NCBI RefSeq assembly: GCF_006345805.1
Contig: NC_042999.1
Location: forward strand, 127,906,001 to 127,970,000
Reading direction: 5' to 3'
From: Octopus sinensis
Taxonomy: Eukaryota
DNA length: 64,000 nucleotides
Part shown: positions 1 through 13,948 of the stretch, piece by piece
Layout of the letters: every line of letters begins with the position of its first letter
Position numbering within the stretch: position 1 is the stretch's first letter
Program-made: the position numbers and the translations under genes
Notes under the pieces: model-generated
Seen by the model: the letters and a program-made list of their open reading frames with translations, nothing else
What the model was told of the DNA's origin: nothing
Databases searched by the model: none

Positions 1-789
1 GATTTCAGGATATCTTCCTCCTTTCTTACCACCTGTCTCAGAGGCTCTGAAAAAATTAAGGGGCATAAGTTCTGCTTTTCCTTCACTAAGTGGTTAAAAT
101 TTTTTTTACCAAATATGACTTCCTTTTTTGAAATGGTAGTATGTGTGATTTAAGGGAAACTTGCTGTTACTAACAGATCAATTGACCATGTAGAGGTTCC
201 CCTCATTGGCTTGTAACTACATATATTGTTATTGAGTTGCTTCAGTAAACCTTGATTAAAGTGATATTGGAAATGTTACACAAACATTTTGTAACAACTA
301 GTCCTAAGTATCTTCTTGCATAGCTTGGCCTTCTTGATATAGCCTTTTGTCTCTAGGTTCCTGCGTTGGTTGATATGGCCAATTTATATGGGTCAGATGA
401 TAGCTGGTATAGACAAGTAACATGGAAAAGATGAGGTTCCACACTGTGTGTTGGTGAAAAAGGTCACATGAATTAGAATTGATCATAGATGATTTGGGAC
501 GAGTAACTATATAGGACTTCATACACAGGTCTGCCTGAATTGTTTTGTACTGTTGGCCATCCAAACCATTATTGACCATTGTTGCAAGGAAGAAAGTTTA
601 ATAACTTTTGAGTTTTGAAGAGTTATCACTTGCCAGTGGATGTTGATTATGTTTATCCCCATGTACTTACCTCCGAGAAGGGATAAATGTGAAACAGCTT
701 CAATCAAGGAGAGGGTAATGTAGATACACTATATATGGTGATTAAATAACCTATATTCAGTGTAAAAATTTTTTTAAACATTGGAGGTT

Positions 790-2200
790 CTATGGATGAA
801 TCCAGATTATACACCAAAAATGGAAAATACTTTGATTCTTTTATTCAAACAGTAAGGATATTTAAGCAAGGCTATTGGTATGTAGTTTGGCATGAATAAG
901 TGTGCAGTATTAATTATGAAAAGAACTCTAAAAATTAAATCTGGAATAAAAAAAATACCACAAGATGATAACATCAGATTACAGAAAGAGAATGAGGGAT
1001 TCAAGTACCTAGGGTTGCTGCAGGATGAGAGGGTAATAGAAAAAGAAATGAGAAAGTCTTCAAAAAGTACAAGAGAAGGGTTAGGAGGGTATTTGAAAAA
1101 AACAAAACAAAAAAACAAACAGAGGTCATGGGTCATACCCACATATTAATTGCTTTCATAATTTTACCTCAAAAAGGAGTATTGTGTTGAGATACACTGC
1201 TCCTATTTTTTAAAAGGGACAAGGAGTTACTGGAATTAGACAGAAGTAGGAAATAATGCATAATGATTATTAAGAAAAGGAGGAGGCAAAAATTTGTTAA
1301 ATTTAAAAGACACCAACAGTGTTGAAGTTTGAGGTTTGAAAAATTATGTTATGCATAGTCAAGAAAGACTATTATCTGCAAGTAGAAATATCGAAGAAAT
1401 CACTAAAATGGTGAAAGATTGTGAGAATCAAAAGAATAATAGGAGAAATAACTGGAGAAAGAAAGAACAACTTAATCAGTTCCTGTAACAAAGTAAGGAT
1501 GGTGTAAATGAAGACGGATGGTTGGGGCTGTGGGATGGAGCCTGAAACAAGAAACTGACTTACTATTTATAGCCACTAAAGAACAAGCTTATTAAAAATA
1601 AACTTTAATAATAAAACTTAGCCAGATAGTAAATTCAGAGTGTGTGGAAAAGAGAATTACAGTATTAATCATCTTTTAAGGGAGTGCAGTAGGCAAGCAC
1701 AAAAAGAGTATAAATACAAGCATGACTGTTGGTAAAAAAGTGCATTGGGTTATTAGCCGAGTTTGTGGATTTGAAGTAACAGAAAAGGTTTATGAACACA
1801 AGTCAGAGGCTCTCATGGTAAACAGTGATTATTTGGTTTTATGGAATTCCTCCATAGATGCAGGTCATATTATTGAAGCAAGGAGATGAGATATGATCAT
1901 GGAATACAAACAGTGTAAGATCATTGACTTTGCAATCTTATTTGATTGTATAGTGGATGTCAAGGAAACTGAGAAAATTGAGAAATATCAAGACTTAGAG
2001 AGAAGAAATTGTAGCACATAAAGATGAAAATTGTTTCTGTGGCAATTGGAACACTCAACTTAATGTCCAAACTGCTACATAAGAGCTGAACATTATTAGA
2101 ATTGAAAAGCATATTGTCATTCTGTAAGGAAGCTCCATCCTGTATTTTGCAAAAATTCGAGATTCTTGAGATTTGAGGAGCCTTGTCACCAAACCTCTAG
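790..2200 (+). mobile_element. Decayed non-LTR retrotransposon 3' half, RLE type (R4/Dong/NeSL-like)
   Basis: Frameshifted translation gives ...EGFKYLGLLQD (RT end), then PDSKFRVCGKENYSINHLLRECSRQAQKEYKYKHD (degenerate CCHC knuckle) and IEARR*DMIMEYKQCKIIDFAIL...KETEKIEKYQDL (PD-(D/E)xK-like endonuclease). Many stops are present. Confidence 0.75.
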
Positions 2201-3964
2201 ATAACATCTCTGATAACTAAATTATGTAATTGCCTTTTGTATAACAGTAATAAAGTTTTTTAATATTGGTATAGGCCATGAATTTGTTGAATACAATTTA
2301 GTCAATTTAATCAACCTAGTATTTGGTTTCTACCTACTTCATTGACCATAGAGGAATGAAAGACAAATTCAACTGTGGTAAGATTTGAACTCAAAATTTA
2401 AAGAGATGAAATGCCAGATCTTCCTCCATTAATAATGATAATAATAGGTACCTGACTCAGCAATGATTAAAAAAAATCATTTAGATAATTACATAACATA
2501 AATCCTGGGACTTACAAATACACACAAAATGCAGAAAATAATACTACTAGGAATTACACATGTCCCATGCATGCACTTCATATGCTACATTACTTACTTT
2601 TGAGGTTAATAAATACAATACCAGTTTTATACTATGGTCAATTCTTCTCTTTCTGGAAGAAATCAATTGTAGGCAAACTTGGTGAGGAATGAACTCTACC
2701 AAGTTAAAATTAGCCAAGACATGTTGTTTATTACAAAGGTATCTCTATGACTCCACCAGGAGTTGAAGGCCTAAGGCAAGGCAATTTAGAAAGTAAGTGA
2801 ATGAAATTTAAAATACTGATGAGCTTTAATAGTCTGAAACACCTCCCTAGTTGTCCTTAGCCTGCAAATAAAGATCAAACTTTCATTTCCCTAAGCATGT
2901 AATTTAACTTCTGATAAATTAGGTCCAATTTCTTGAAATTGTCTCCCTTCTTTTCTGAAAGTCATCATAGATTTTGTTTTCTTTCTGCAGCAAAGAGGTT
3001 AAGAAGATATATTTCGCACACAACATACATAATATGTATGCATGTGGCATATGTATTACATATGTTGTATGAGAAATATATGCTTAAAGCTATTGTCTGA
3101 AACAGGACAATAAGAGGATTCTTGCTTTCCTCATACTAACTACAAAAATGTTACTGATTGTTTCTACCAATTAAATGTGTAAAATTAGCACAGTGATGAG
3201 TTTTATCAGTCAATTGCCAAGTATCTATATATCTTTGGTTATATTCAATGATTCTGATTGTAGATGATGAAATTCTTCATCATTGGATTTATTAAATTTG
3301 AGTTCTAGTTATTAAATTTTAAGTTAAATTTGAGAATAATTTCCAGAGTCATTTCACCTTTGGGAAGAATATCTACAGTATTGTGACTTAGATCAAAGGG
3401 TTTTAAACTATGTAAAAGAGACAAGTCAACATGAATGAATTTAATTTTTTTCCAGAAAGCTGTTTTTCTATCATTTATTCATTATAGTGTAAATTTTGTG
3501 GTTTTTATACATCAGTATATAATAATTTGCTTGCTGAAAAATTGTTTATAATCAATAACTTGGATCACATGGAAACCACACAAATTCATATATATTTACT
3601 GGTATTTCATATTTCATTCTACATCCTGCCCCCTCCCCTTTTTTTTTTACTTATCACTCATAGAAATGTTTTAAGTTTTCATGCATTGCAGAACAAGTTT
3701 TAAAACCCCTGGGGATTTGGGGGTCTTGCAGAAGATGCAGTTTTATGAAAGACTGGGTAAAATATTTAGTGCAATGTTTAACTGTGGAGTCTGATATAAT
3801 GAAGATGATAATTGAAGGAAAGGCAGATGTCTCTGTGCAAGGGATATAATTTGTAATTGTTTTAATCTGTGTAATTAACAACAATTTTCACATACATTTC
3901 TTTGTTACATGAATCCTTGTTAAAAACATTTGCTTCAACAATAACCTAATATCCAAATTTTTGT

Positions 3965-4189
3965 TTAATCCTTTTGATAGCAGCCTGCCTGAAACTACCA
4001 CTGGTTTTATGATACAATTTCTGTTTTAAAATGATTTTAAAACTTTCCATCAAAATTTCATGCTAATTTGTGTTCCAAACACCAGCTTAATAATGATAAA
4101 ATATGTTTTAATTAATTCTTTATTATTTTCAAAAGTAATTGAAACAATAACTGTACATTTCAACAGAAATATGGTAATACAAGAGTTAA
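3965..4189. mobile_element. TTAA-flanked (piggyBac-like) MITE
   Basis: TTAA at both ends with short imperfect inverted termini; it is the reverse-complement relative of the copy at 30459-30676. Confidence 0.55.
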
Positions 4190-5812
4190 TCTATTTCTTC
4201 AATGCTTCTATCTTAGAAAAATTAAATTCAAACACAGAACATGGAAATCTATGTATGAAAATAGTTTATTTTTAGCTATGAATTATTTCACTGAATAAAG
4301 ATTCATCTTTCAGTGCTCTCTTCATGTAAAGGAAGAAAAAATTTTGTGAAATCATTTTGTGAAAAATTAAACTGTGGTTTATTAAAATATCAGTCATCGC
4401 TTTATTGAAATGAATCACATTAAAAAATTTATTTATGGCACACCTAAGCAGCTTCATATATGGAATAATATAGCCACACGCATACACACTTATGTTAGAC
4501 ATTTTGTGTAATTTCTGATGTTCAGCATGCTATTTTAATTTGAAACATTGTTTCATACAAATATATGTGTGTGTACACACACATACACTTGTCCACACAA
4601 GCACAAATTTACATGCAGTTATTTGTTCTGCTTAGTTTACTAAACTACTTACTGTCTAAATCGTAGTGGTTTGTTCTTTTGAGAAATTATACAATTTTGA
4701 ATATAATAAAAAAAATATATTTTAATTTCTTTTTAATGATGCAGAAAACATTTTGTTTTGTTGTTTATCTCCCTCTGCCAATGGCATGTTTAATTTGTTT
4801 TATAATATTAATACTTTTTATACCCATCCCTTTATTAGGTAAAAAAAAAGTCTTCAAAGATTCTTTTCAAAATTGCCTTCTGTTCTTTTTTAAATATTGA
4901 GATTTATGTATGTTCAAATTGAATCAGTGTGTAAATACACATACATACACTCAGTCACTCACACACACACACACACACACACACACTACAAGATTCTTAT
5001 TGAGTCTTCTTTTTCAATTAATAATTTCATTCTTAGCTAGAAAAAAGGAAATGCTTGTTGATGTGATAAGAATTTAGAAACTCTTGAGAGAACATGAAAT
5101 AATTCTTCTTTGGAACAGTGGACTTTGAAGCATATGAAGCTATAGATATTAGCATGTAAATACTGAGTAGAAAAAGCTGAAGACTGCCTGCGGGGCATGA
5201 ACCCACAACTTCTGTAGACATGACAGGTCTTCTACAGGGTAGCCTTCAACTTTTTCTGTTCAAGGTTTAAACAACCTAATATTTACATACTATTATGTAT
5301 AGCTTTATGTGCTTCAAGGTACTGTTCAAAACAAAAGAAAAAAATAGGGAAGGAATATGAGATATATATCTTTACATGATTTTGGTGTCTTCAGAACACT
5401 CTGTAAAACATACACACACTGGTGAGCAGAGATGATGATGTTGCATCATATAACTTCTTCATAAATCATTATTACCAATAAAGTGTTTCCTGATAGATTT
5501 TATTACCAATGGAAAATGGAAAAATAAGAACGATAATAAAATTGACTAGACACATTTTTTTTAAACAATTAAAATCTAAAACCCTGTTTTGCATGCATGA
5601 TCCAAGTGTAACAAACAGCACATAATTATATAGATTTATTAATCAGCCTCCATCGAGTTTTACTCTGATCTTGGAAAGTAGGTACATATGGAATTTGAAA
5701 AATTTGAGATATTTATAATACTGAACTTTTAAATTTTTATTAAGGTTCATATCTTTTTTTTAATTTTTAGTGTAAAGGAACAAAATATTAACTAATGTAA
5801 CAGACCAAAACA

Positions 5813-5856
<44 letters not shown>

Positions 5857-6081
5857 CACACACACACACACACATACACAGAGGAATTTTGGAGTTTTAA
5901 TTTTAAAAATACTTTTCCTTGTTCTATTTTTGCTATGAGAGGCACCAATAAAGTAGAATAGAAATAATTTAGATTTTATTAGTGTATTGAAAACCTAATT
6001 ACTTGTTAATAATAATAATAATAACAATTATTATGACAATAATTATGATGTTCTTATAGCATGCACTGTTTTTGTATGCAG

Positions 6082-6102
6082 ATGACATTGGACTGAGCTC
6101 AC
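6082..6102 (+). CDS. Candidate 21-nt phase-1/phase-1 microexon (xDIGLSSx), possibly of RALGAPB
   Basis: tttttgtatgcag|ATGACATTGGACTGAGCTCAC|gtaagt. It has a consensus donor, length 3n, and is open only in phase 1, which matches the phase of the next RALGAPB exon. No transcript evidence. Confidence 0.35.
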
Positions 6103-6557
6103 GTAAGTGTCTTGACTAAAACTCATTTTCTTCCTTTTAGACTTGTCTTTTTGTCTATCAATCTTTATTTTTGTGTTTCTCACTCAAACAATTTTTTTTG
6201 CTTCTTTCTCATTTTTAACTGATGTTGTTGTTATTGTTGTTGGTGTTGTTATTGGTGGCATTCCCCACCCCTGGCCCATTTTTTGTTTCTTTTATGGCAT
6301 AGTTGTATTTCTTATTGTTGGTGTTGTAATATGACCCCCACTCCTCCAGCTTGCCTTGCTTCACTGACCCTTCCCTCATATCTCAAATATTGATCACAGC
6401 AACTAAAAATATGCATTTTCTTTCATTAGTCTTTTTCTCTTCTCTTTAACACTGGGCTATTTTGGTAAAATAATGGTATCATCACTGAAATGATCACATT
6501 GCAAATAAATATCAATTATGAGAGACAGAAAACTGGAATTAATTATTTTTTTTTTAA

Positions 6558-6785
6558 TTAATCCTTTAGCATTCACATTACTCTGTCAAATGCAATACTT
6601 ATCTATTCACATTGTTTTGAATTAATCATGCATTATCTTGTAGCTTAAAGATTTCAATGATTTGATTGTTTATTTTTAGAATAACATTGTAGGGTAGGTG
6701 TGAGAGATCAGATCTGGCCAGTTTACACATAAAATGGATAGAATATTTGAGTTGGTTATGTCCCATTTAAATACTAAGGGGTTAA
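6558..6785. mobile_element. TTAA-flanked (piggyBac-like) MITE, second family
   Basis: ttaatcctttagcatt...aatactaaggggttaa termini; a related partial copy starts at about 11018. Confidence 0.55.
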
Positions 6786-7199
6786 ATTGATTTTTTTTTT
6801 TTTTTTACTTAAGTTATCAAATTAACATTCAAACAGAAATTTTAAACACTCAAAAATTTTCTGACAATAATTCAAGTAAATTAAGGTAAAATATAATAAA
6901 AAATAATGATATTTTCAGGAAATTAATATTCTTCATTGAATTTTAATTGCTGACATCATTGTGGTTTGTTTCAATAATTAATTGATCTAAGTTGTTGCGA
7001 TATTCAGTTAGTAATGATGTGAGTTTTCAAGAGTCTGAACCATTTAGGTGGTTGAATTATTGAACTGATATAAAAGCATTGGCTTATTAGAATTTATCAT
7101 GATAATTGGGCAAGTTAACACTGGGAAAGTAAAATGTCAATGAATTTGGTATTAGATCAATTGTGCATAGATTCATATCCAATATATGTATTTGATTAG

Positions 7200-7396
7200 T
7201 ACACAATTCTGTGTCCTAGTCACTTATGGCACAACACAGCTAGCTGTCACTTGTAAACAAGTGTGGCTTGGCAATGTGCACCCTGCTTTCGCTAATTGTT
7301 TTAGGTGCTTATGTAGTTGCAAACTGATGTAGGCATCCCCTTTGGCCCCCACCTCCTCACCCTTGATTCAGTGGCACAGTCAGGATGTGACAGTTT

Positions 7397-7428
<32 letters not shown>

Positions 7429-7665
7429 ATGCAAGAGGGAAGAAAGCAGGAGAGTGTGTGGTAGAGAAGAGACAGAGAAAGTGCAATAGAGAAGAGTGAG
7501 AGAGAGAGCTATGCCAGTATCTGATTGGTACACATTTACAGCTGCATTGACTGGAGCAATGTGAAATAAAGTGCCTTGTTCAAGATCACAATGCACTACT
7601 TAGTCTGGGAATTGAACCCATGATCTTTTGATTGTGAACCAAACACGCTAGCCACTAGGCCATGC
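7200..7665 (-). mobile_element. SINE-like repeat (family with 'tttacagctg...gactggagcaatgtgaaat' core)
   Basis: Shares its core with copies at about 13515-13795 and 16880-17160. Boundaries are approximate. Confidence 0.5.
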
Positions 7666-10600
7666 ACCTTTATTCCTGATCACTTAGATATAAAGATTAG
7701 GTATCAGTGATCAGCTGAGAATGCTCCTAACAATAAACTAACCTTATAATATGGGCAAGATTTATTTCTTCTCTGCTAAATGCCATCAAACCAGAACTAT
7801 GAACTGGTCCTTGGGTCCCAGGGAGCTTGTATATTATTTTTATATGCATTAACATGGCACTAAGCCTAATGACTAAAAATATTGTAAGTTGAAAAAATCT
7901 AGTTCCATGATCAAAGCACATAGCACTATGTATTTTAGTTAATCTGAAGTAGATATCTGTGACTGTCATATTGGAATTAGACTGGAATTGACAATATATG
8001 CAATGTTACTATGTTTTATAAATATATGCTTGTACTTATTCAATCTGGGCAAAAGTAAGCATTGAAAAGGTCTCAGAGATGTCTACTGTGTTGATGTTTG
8101 AATGATTAAAAATTACTCTTTGTGTGTGTTTTGTAGTAGTAGAATAAGAAATAGAAACTCCTTGGTATAGTATTATATATTTTTAAAAATGAATGGAAAT
8201 GACTTGTCTTAATTTTTCCACTTTAATTATTAGATGTTTATAAAATATTAGGTGTTTAAAACACTTAATATCTTACAAGCATTTAATTATTAAAGTGGAA
8301 AAATTATCAGAAAAGCTATTTCTCTCTCTCTTTCTCTCTCTCTCTCTCCCAAGAGACTGGTGTTGGTCTGTGTCAGCAAGACTTGTATTATTTAGTAAAA
8401 TCAACAAAACAAGTACTGTGAACTTGCTTTTGGGAAGGGAAAATGCAACATTTTGGAGAGACTTCTTCTATGAAGATTTGACAGAAGTGAAATTAAGAGT
8501 TTTACATCCTCTAAATTGCAACCAGTCTTTCTAACTTAAAGTACCGAAAACTCTGTGGTCTCTCTATAATTTCAGTCATGCTTAAAAAAAAGTTTATTTA
8601 GTAATTAACATTCTTCTGTTTTCATTTGAGGAAGCCAATAATAACTTGTCTTGTTATAGAATTATTACAAACATCAATGATATTAACAAAATTTCACCTG
8701 TTTCTTCATTCTTTTACTGGTTTCAGCCATCTAGTCATGGCTATGATGGAGTGCCACCATGAAATAAAACTAATTCAAAGAGAAAATTAAATATTTATTT
8801 ATATATATATTAAATATATATTGAATCAATAGAATTAAAAATAAGAAATACATAGTTCTGTTGTAGAAACAACAATGATATTTTTGTCTATTTGATGTCA
8901 CTAATATGAGATTGATTTCAGCTGCTTGGCTTTTAGATATTCAAAGGTTACCCAGAACTGTTACCTTGATCAGAATGTTTTCTACAGAGGATTATGTGAA
9001 ATTGTTATGTTGGATTCATGTAACAAAATTCACGGCATGTTTACAAATGGAAAATATTTACTTTATGGAAACAATATTTATTGGTTAAGAAGAAAATTTG
9101 TTAATTCTCTAAGAAGAAATGTAAGTTTAATATCAAGTAGTTGTGTTGCTTTTAATATGTTTAAAGTACTTGATCTTTTAAGAAATGCCAGCTTAGCATT
9201 TAACAAAAGGCTTCTTTATTAGTTATGTTGAATATTTCCAACACTATATTTTAGTATAAAGAATGAGAAATAGATTTAGAGGAGTATAGTCATAATAATT
9301 GAAGTTGGAGGCCAGAGATAACTATATAACCCAATAGAGAGCTACTGGTTGTATAATGTTGGTTGAGTGCAGATTTGATTATCATAAGGATAGCAGTTTT
9401 ATGGACATGGTCTAGAATGTGACTTAGTACACCAATCCAGATGTGTGGCTAATATCTAATGGAAAGTATATTTGAACCTTGTAAAACTGTAATGGTAATT
9501 ACTACCTAGAACAGATGTATCCTTTTCATTCTGAAGTGTAAACCTAACATTTAGTTCGGTTATGTGAAGTATGTGTTACCTCTGTCAAAGGTGCTTAGGT
9601 CTTAATTGCTAAACAGACATTGCAAATTATTATTATTGTTCTTTTATAAATATCTTAGTGGAAACTCATATTATTTCTTTTTGAAGCATTGAAGGTAGTT
9701 GCCAGTGCTTAATAATACTGTTAAAATTATGCAGAAATTGATTTGCATGGTAACTTATATGATGACTAGAAATGAATTTAGCTCATCCGTATTCAGATAC
9801 TACTGGGAGTAGTTACACCAGTCATGTAATAAAACCACATAAATGTAAACTATTCATGTATTGTAATGAAAGAAAAAGCTGTAAAATATTTTTAAATGAA
9901 GAGATTAGACCAAGAAAGAAAAATAGACACAAATAAAGCTATATCAGCTTTGACCTCAAGTATCTGAATATCAAGTTTGAACTGATGCAAAGCAAGGTAG
10001 AATGTGTTGATGTCAGTGGCCTTCAACTGTTCTTGGGGATGAACAGACAGACAATTGTGCAGTAGTGGAGGTATAATTTTGACAACATTTTTACTGTTAC
10101 TTGTTGTAAGGAAAAGGAATAAGTTCAACAAGCAGTGTCAAAATTATTGGTATTTGAGTTTTTAGAAGGCATAATTAGAATTAAGTGTTTCATATTTGAG
10201 ACAGTTTCAAAATAAATTGGAAATGTTTGGATTGGAAAAGATTTATTTCTGTGGGGAATTGAGTTATTTTGAATATATTCTATGAGCATTTGAGTGAAAG
10301 TAATTTTGATGTGTGTGTGTGTGTTTGTAGTGACATATGTGTGTGTATATACATATACATAACCTCACAGAAACACACATATTCAAACACATCTTTTATT
10401 TAGCAAAGAAATATTTATAAATGGTGGTCTAATATTTATACAGTAGTATTTAATAGCTATCCTTCAATTAGTAGTTTTCATAATCAAAAATATTTCTACA
10501 ATTTGGAAAGCGAGCAACCAAATGTTGTATTCTGCATTCTTCATTTACCATTCTGTATACTCTTAAAACAGTAACACCTCAACTATCAATGTAAAAAAAA

Positions 10601-11116
10601 TGGAATTTCTATACTCCTATTTATTATTTTTCAGGTTCATCCCCTTCATTCATACACCACAAATCTGTTGTGTTATTAATTGTTCTCAATTGGAAACAAA
10701 ACTCTTGTAATAGGTTTGAGTTTGCTTATGTAAAAACTATTAATTTCTTCAAGGGATCACTAAATACATACATATACACATGTGTATGTATATACACACA
10801 CATAAAACATCAACAGTTATGTATAGAAGTTAATAACTATAAAGTTTTAGTTCTGTTTTGCTTCTTTGAATTCACATCCAATCTAATTTCTCTTTACCTT
10901 GGAAATCTTTCAGTTACTAATAGAATTACCATGTCTGTTATAGCAATTAAGGACATTTAAGGAGCAATATTTTCTGTTTTTCTGTTTAATATCTCCATAT
11001 TGTTATCTTTATATCACCTTTTAGCATTTAGATAACTCTGTCAAATGTAATGCTTATTTATTCCCATTGTTTTGAATTAATCATGCATTGTCTTGTAGCA
11101 TTGAGATTTCGTTGAT

Positions 11117-11472
11117 GTGATCATTACAGTTTTAAAATGACATTGTCGAGTAGGTGTGAGAGGTTTGATATGGCCAGTTTAAACACAAAAGGGATAAAGA
11201 CATTCAGACTGTTCTACTTTTGCTATGTCTTATTGATGGCTATATAACTCTCACAGTGTCTAAATGACAACGAAAACTTATATTTTCCATTCCATGTGAT
11301 TCTTATAGTTTTAGAATGACATTGTAAGGTAAGTGTGAGAGGCTTGATATGGCCAGTCTAAATGTAAAAAGGATAAAGACATTCAGACTGTTCTACTTTT
11401 GCTGTCTTATTGATGGCCATTCAGCTTTCACACTGTCTAAATGACAATGAAAATTGTTATATTTTCCATTCC
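11117..11472. repeat. Direct tandem duplication, period about 179 bp
   Basis: The block tggccagt...gacattcagactgttctactttt...tattttccattcc occurs twice (tggccagt at 11171 and 11350). Confidence 0.85.
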
Positions 11473-12158
11473 TTCATTAAAGTGTGTGAAGTGATATATA
11501 TATATATGAGTTGGTCCTTCCCACCTCTCAGATTAAGCTGTATCAAGGATGCCTTACACTTGCATCCTCCAGGAGTCAATAAAATAGTTTGATCCTTTAC
11601 ATAATGTCTTTTGACTACTTCTCCATTGATAATAACATTTACTTTTCAAAATATCATTTGTTAGTATTTTACCTATGATTTTTATTTGTGCAGTGTTAAG
11701 ATATCCAACCTCCAGTATCCAGAAAAAAAAAAAAACTTTGTAATTGAAGTAAATAATTTTTAAGAAATAGTGTGATAAGATTTCGTTTCTTTTCGCATTT
11801 TGGCTTAGATTTCCTGCTTGTGTTTGTGGCCTTAGACTACTTCAATAAGCCTCAAAAATGTGAATTACTTTCTAGTAATTGCGTGTGTGTGTTTTATAAA
11901 TATATAGATAATGGGTGTTTATGAGGTTTCAAATGGAAAGAGGTTGCCATTTCAACAGAGATGCATTTCCTCCAAGCATACACCGGTTTAGCTTCATTTC
12001 GATTAATTTTCCTGGAATTTGTTAATTAGTGTTAGTATTGGTATTTATTGATGGTTCTTCTTCAACATCAGTGCTTAACACTTATGAAGTACCAGCAGTC
12101 ATTATAGATGTTTTCATCTATCCACTATAGAACAGAATTATTAATACAATATATGAAA

Positions 12159-12462
12159 AAAATGGAGAGTGTGAACACAGAAAATCAATTCATTTATATA
12201 ATACAAGTCAATTTCATGTCACCTACGCACGTTTCAATTCCTAACTTCATATTTTACAATTAAATTGCATTATGAATTTAAAATGTAAAAGTCTCTTCAG
12301 GGCAAAAATTGATATAAATTAATTATCATCCTAAAAAGATGGAGAGTTCATTACAGACTGTAAAATATGAATGAAGTTAGAAATTTAAATATGTGTAGGC
12401 AACATGAAATTGACTTCTGTTATGTAAATGAATTTATTTTCTGTGTTCACAATCTCCATTTT
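12159..12462. repeat. Long inverted repeat / fold-back MITE (arms about 100 bp, spacer about 100 bp)
   Basis: gtgaacacagaaaatcaattcattt...ttcatattttaca (12159-12258) is the imperfect reverse complement of 12359-12462. Confidence 0.8.
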
Positions 12463-13514
12463 CTCTCTCTCGATATATATATATACACACACATACACAT
12501 ACTCACAATCATAATTTTAAAATAAGTACTGGGATTGATTTGTTTGACTAAACTCTTCAGGGAAGTGCTCCAGTGTGGCTGTGTTCCAATGACCAAAACA
12601 AAATAAATAATTGAACCAGTGTCTTCTGTAATGTAATTCTTAGAAGTCATTAGTATTTATATTTCTATCTCTCACAGTTACTTTAGATAGTAAAAGGAGA
12701 ATGGCCAGCACCCTTGACATTCTATCAGGGTCTTGAATACTGATTGGATGACAGGAGGATGTTACCCTCAAACTGCAGATTTGACCCAAATATTAACAGC
12801 AGTGTAGACTCTACTAAAGGCAACTAAGGGTTAGGTGTTTGTCTTAAACTAGAGAGTAGATCGAGTCTACCATCTAATTCCAAGAATGGCTTTTCGGATG
12901 GATTTCCACAGTTTCTACCTGCTAAATTTCACAAACATTGCTTTGGTTGACTTGAGGCTATGGTAGTAGCCACTTGCCCCAAAGTGCAGTGCAGAAGGAT
13001 TTACAAATGGACTATGCCCATGCTTGCACCCAAATACATATAATCAGTGAAATTTCTTATTTCAAGTTATTCAAATATATATATTAATTATTCAGATGAA
13101 ACTACTAATGATGCATAGACGATATCTTCAGAAGCAGATATATCTTTACATAGTCTTTATTATGGGTTTAGTGAAGGCTCACAGCCATGAGGTAGTGAGT
13201 TCGATTCCCAGACCAGGCTGTGTTGGCCTTTGCCTTTCCTTTGAATAACATCAATGACATGCATGAGCTGGTCGTCCATAAAAAACAACCTTGCCCAGAC
13301 TTGTGCTTTGGAAGGTAACTTTCTAGGTGCAATCTCGTTGTTATCCAATGGGTCTTTTGTTTATCTTAGGTTTAAAGAATATATTTTGGTGTTATCCAGA
13401 AGCTTTCAGAATTATTTTAAAAAATAATAAATTTATTAGTTTTTTTTTTTTTTAGTATTTAATCTGAATTGATTACTTTTCCCTGAGAGACAGGGTATGA
13501 TTTATAAATATATC

Positions 13515-13795
13515 ATGGTATCAACCAGACTATCAGATGTTGTTATGCATCGCTGGTCACAACACACTTTCCGTCATTGTAGCTTTCGAATGATGCCACC
13601 CAACTATCTGGGCGAGTAGGCCAGTATACTGCCTGATTGGAAGGCTAGTCTGTTGCAGGGTTACCCATTTACAGCTGAGTGGACTGGAGCAATGTGAAAT
13701 GACGTGTTTTGCTCAAGAACACAACCTGCAACCGATCTGAGAATCGAAATCACAATCTGGTAATCATAAGTGCAACACCCCTTACCACTAGACCA
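13515..13795 (-). mobile_element. SINE-like repeat
   Basis: Same core as the 7200-7665 copy. Boundaries are approximate. Confidence 0.5.
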
Positions 13796-13915
13796 TATAT
13801 GTACATATATAATATACATCTTTTAATTTATATATACATGTTATATATAGAGATGTATATGAATTAAAACAGTACTTCACATATATATATATATATCATC
13901 ATCATCATCATCATC

Positions 13916-13948
<33 letters not shown>

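Noticed and set aside
304-720. Possible minus-strand Penelope-like RT fragment (GQQYKTIQ...)
   Set aside because: The resemblance is too faint to call without a profile search.
6103-6140. 38-nt GT...AG segment with a branch-like gactaa as a mini-intron
   Set aside because: It is too short for normal splicing, and the downstream frame is low-complexity intron sequence.
9892-10131. ORF-like, GC-richer segment as an antisense or nested exon
   Set aside because: No recognisable domain and poor splice signals.
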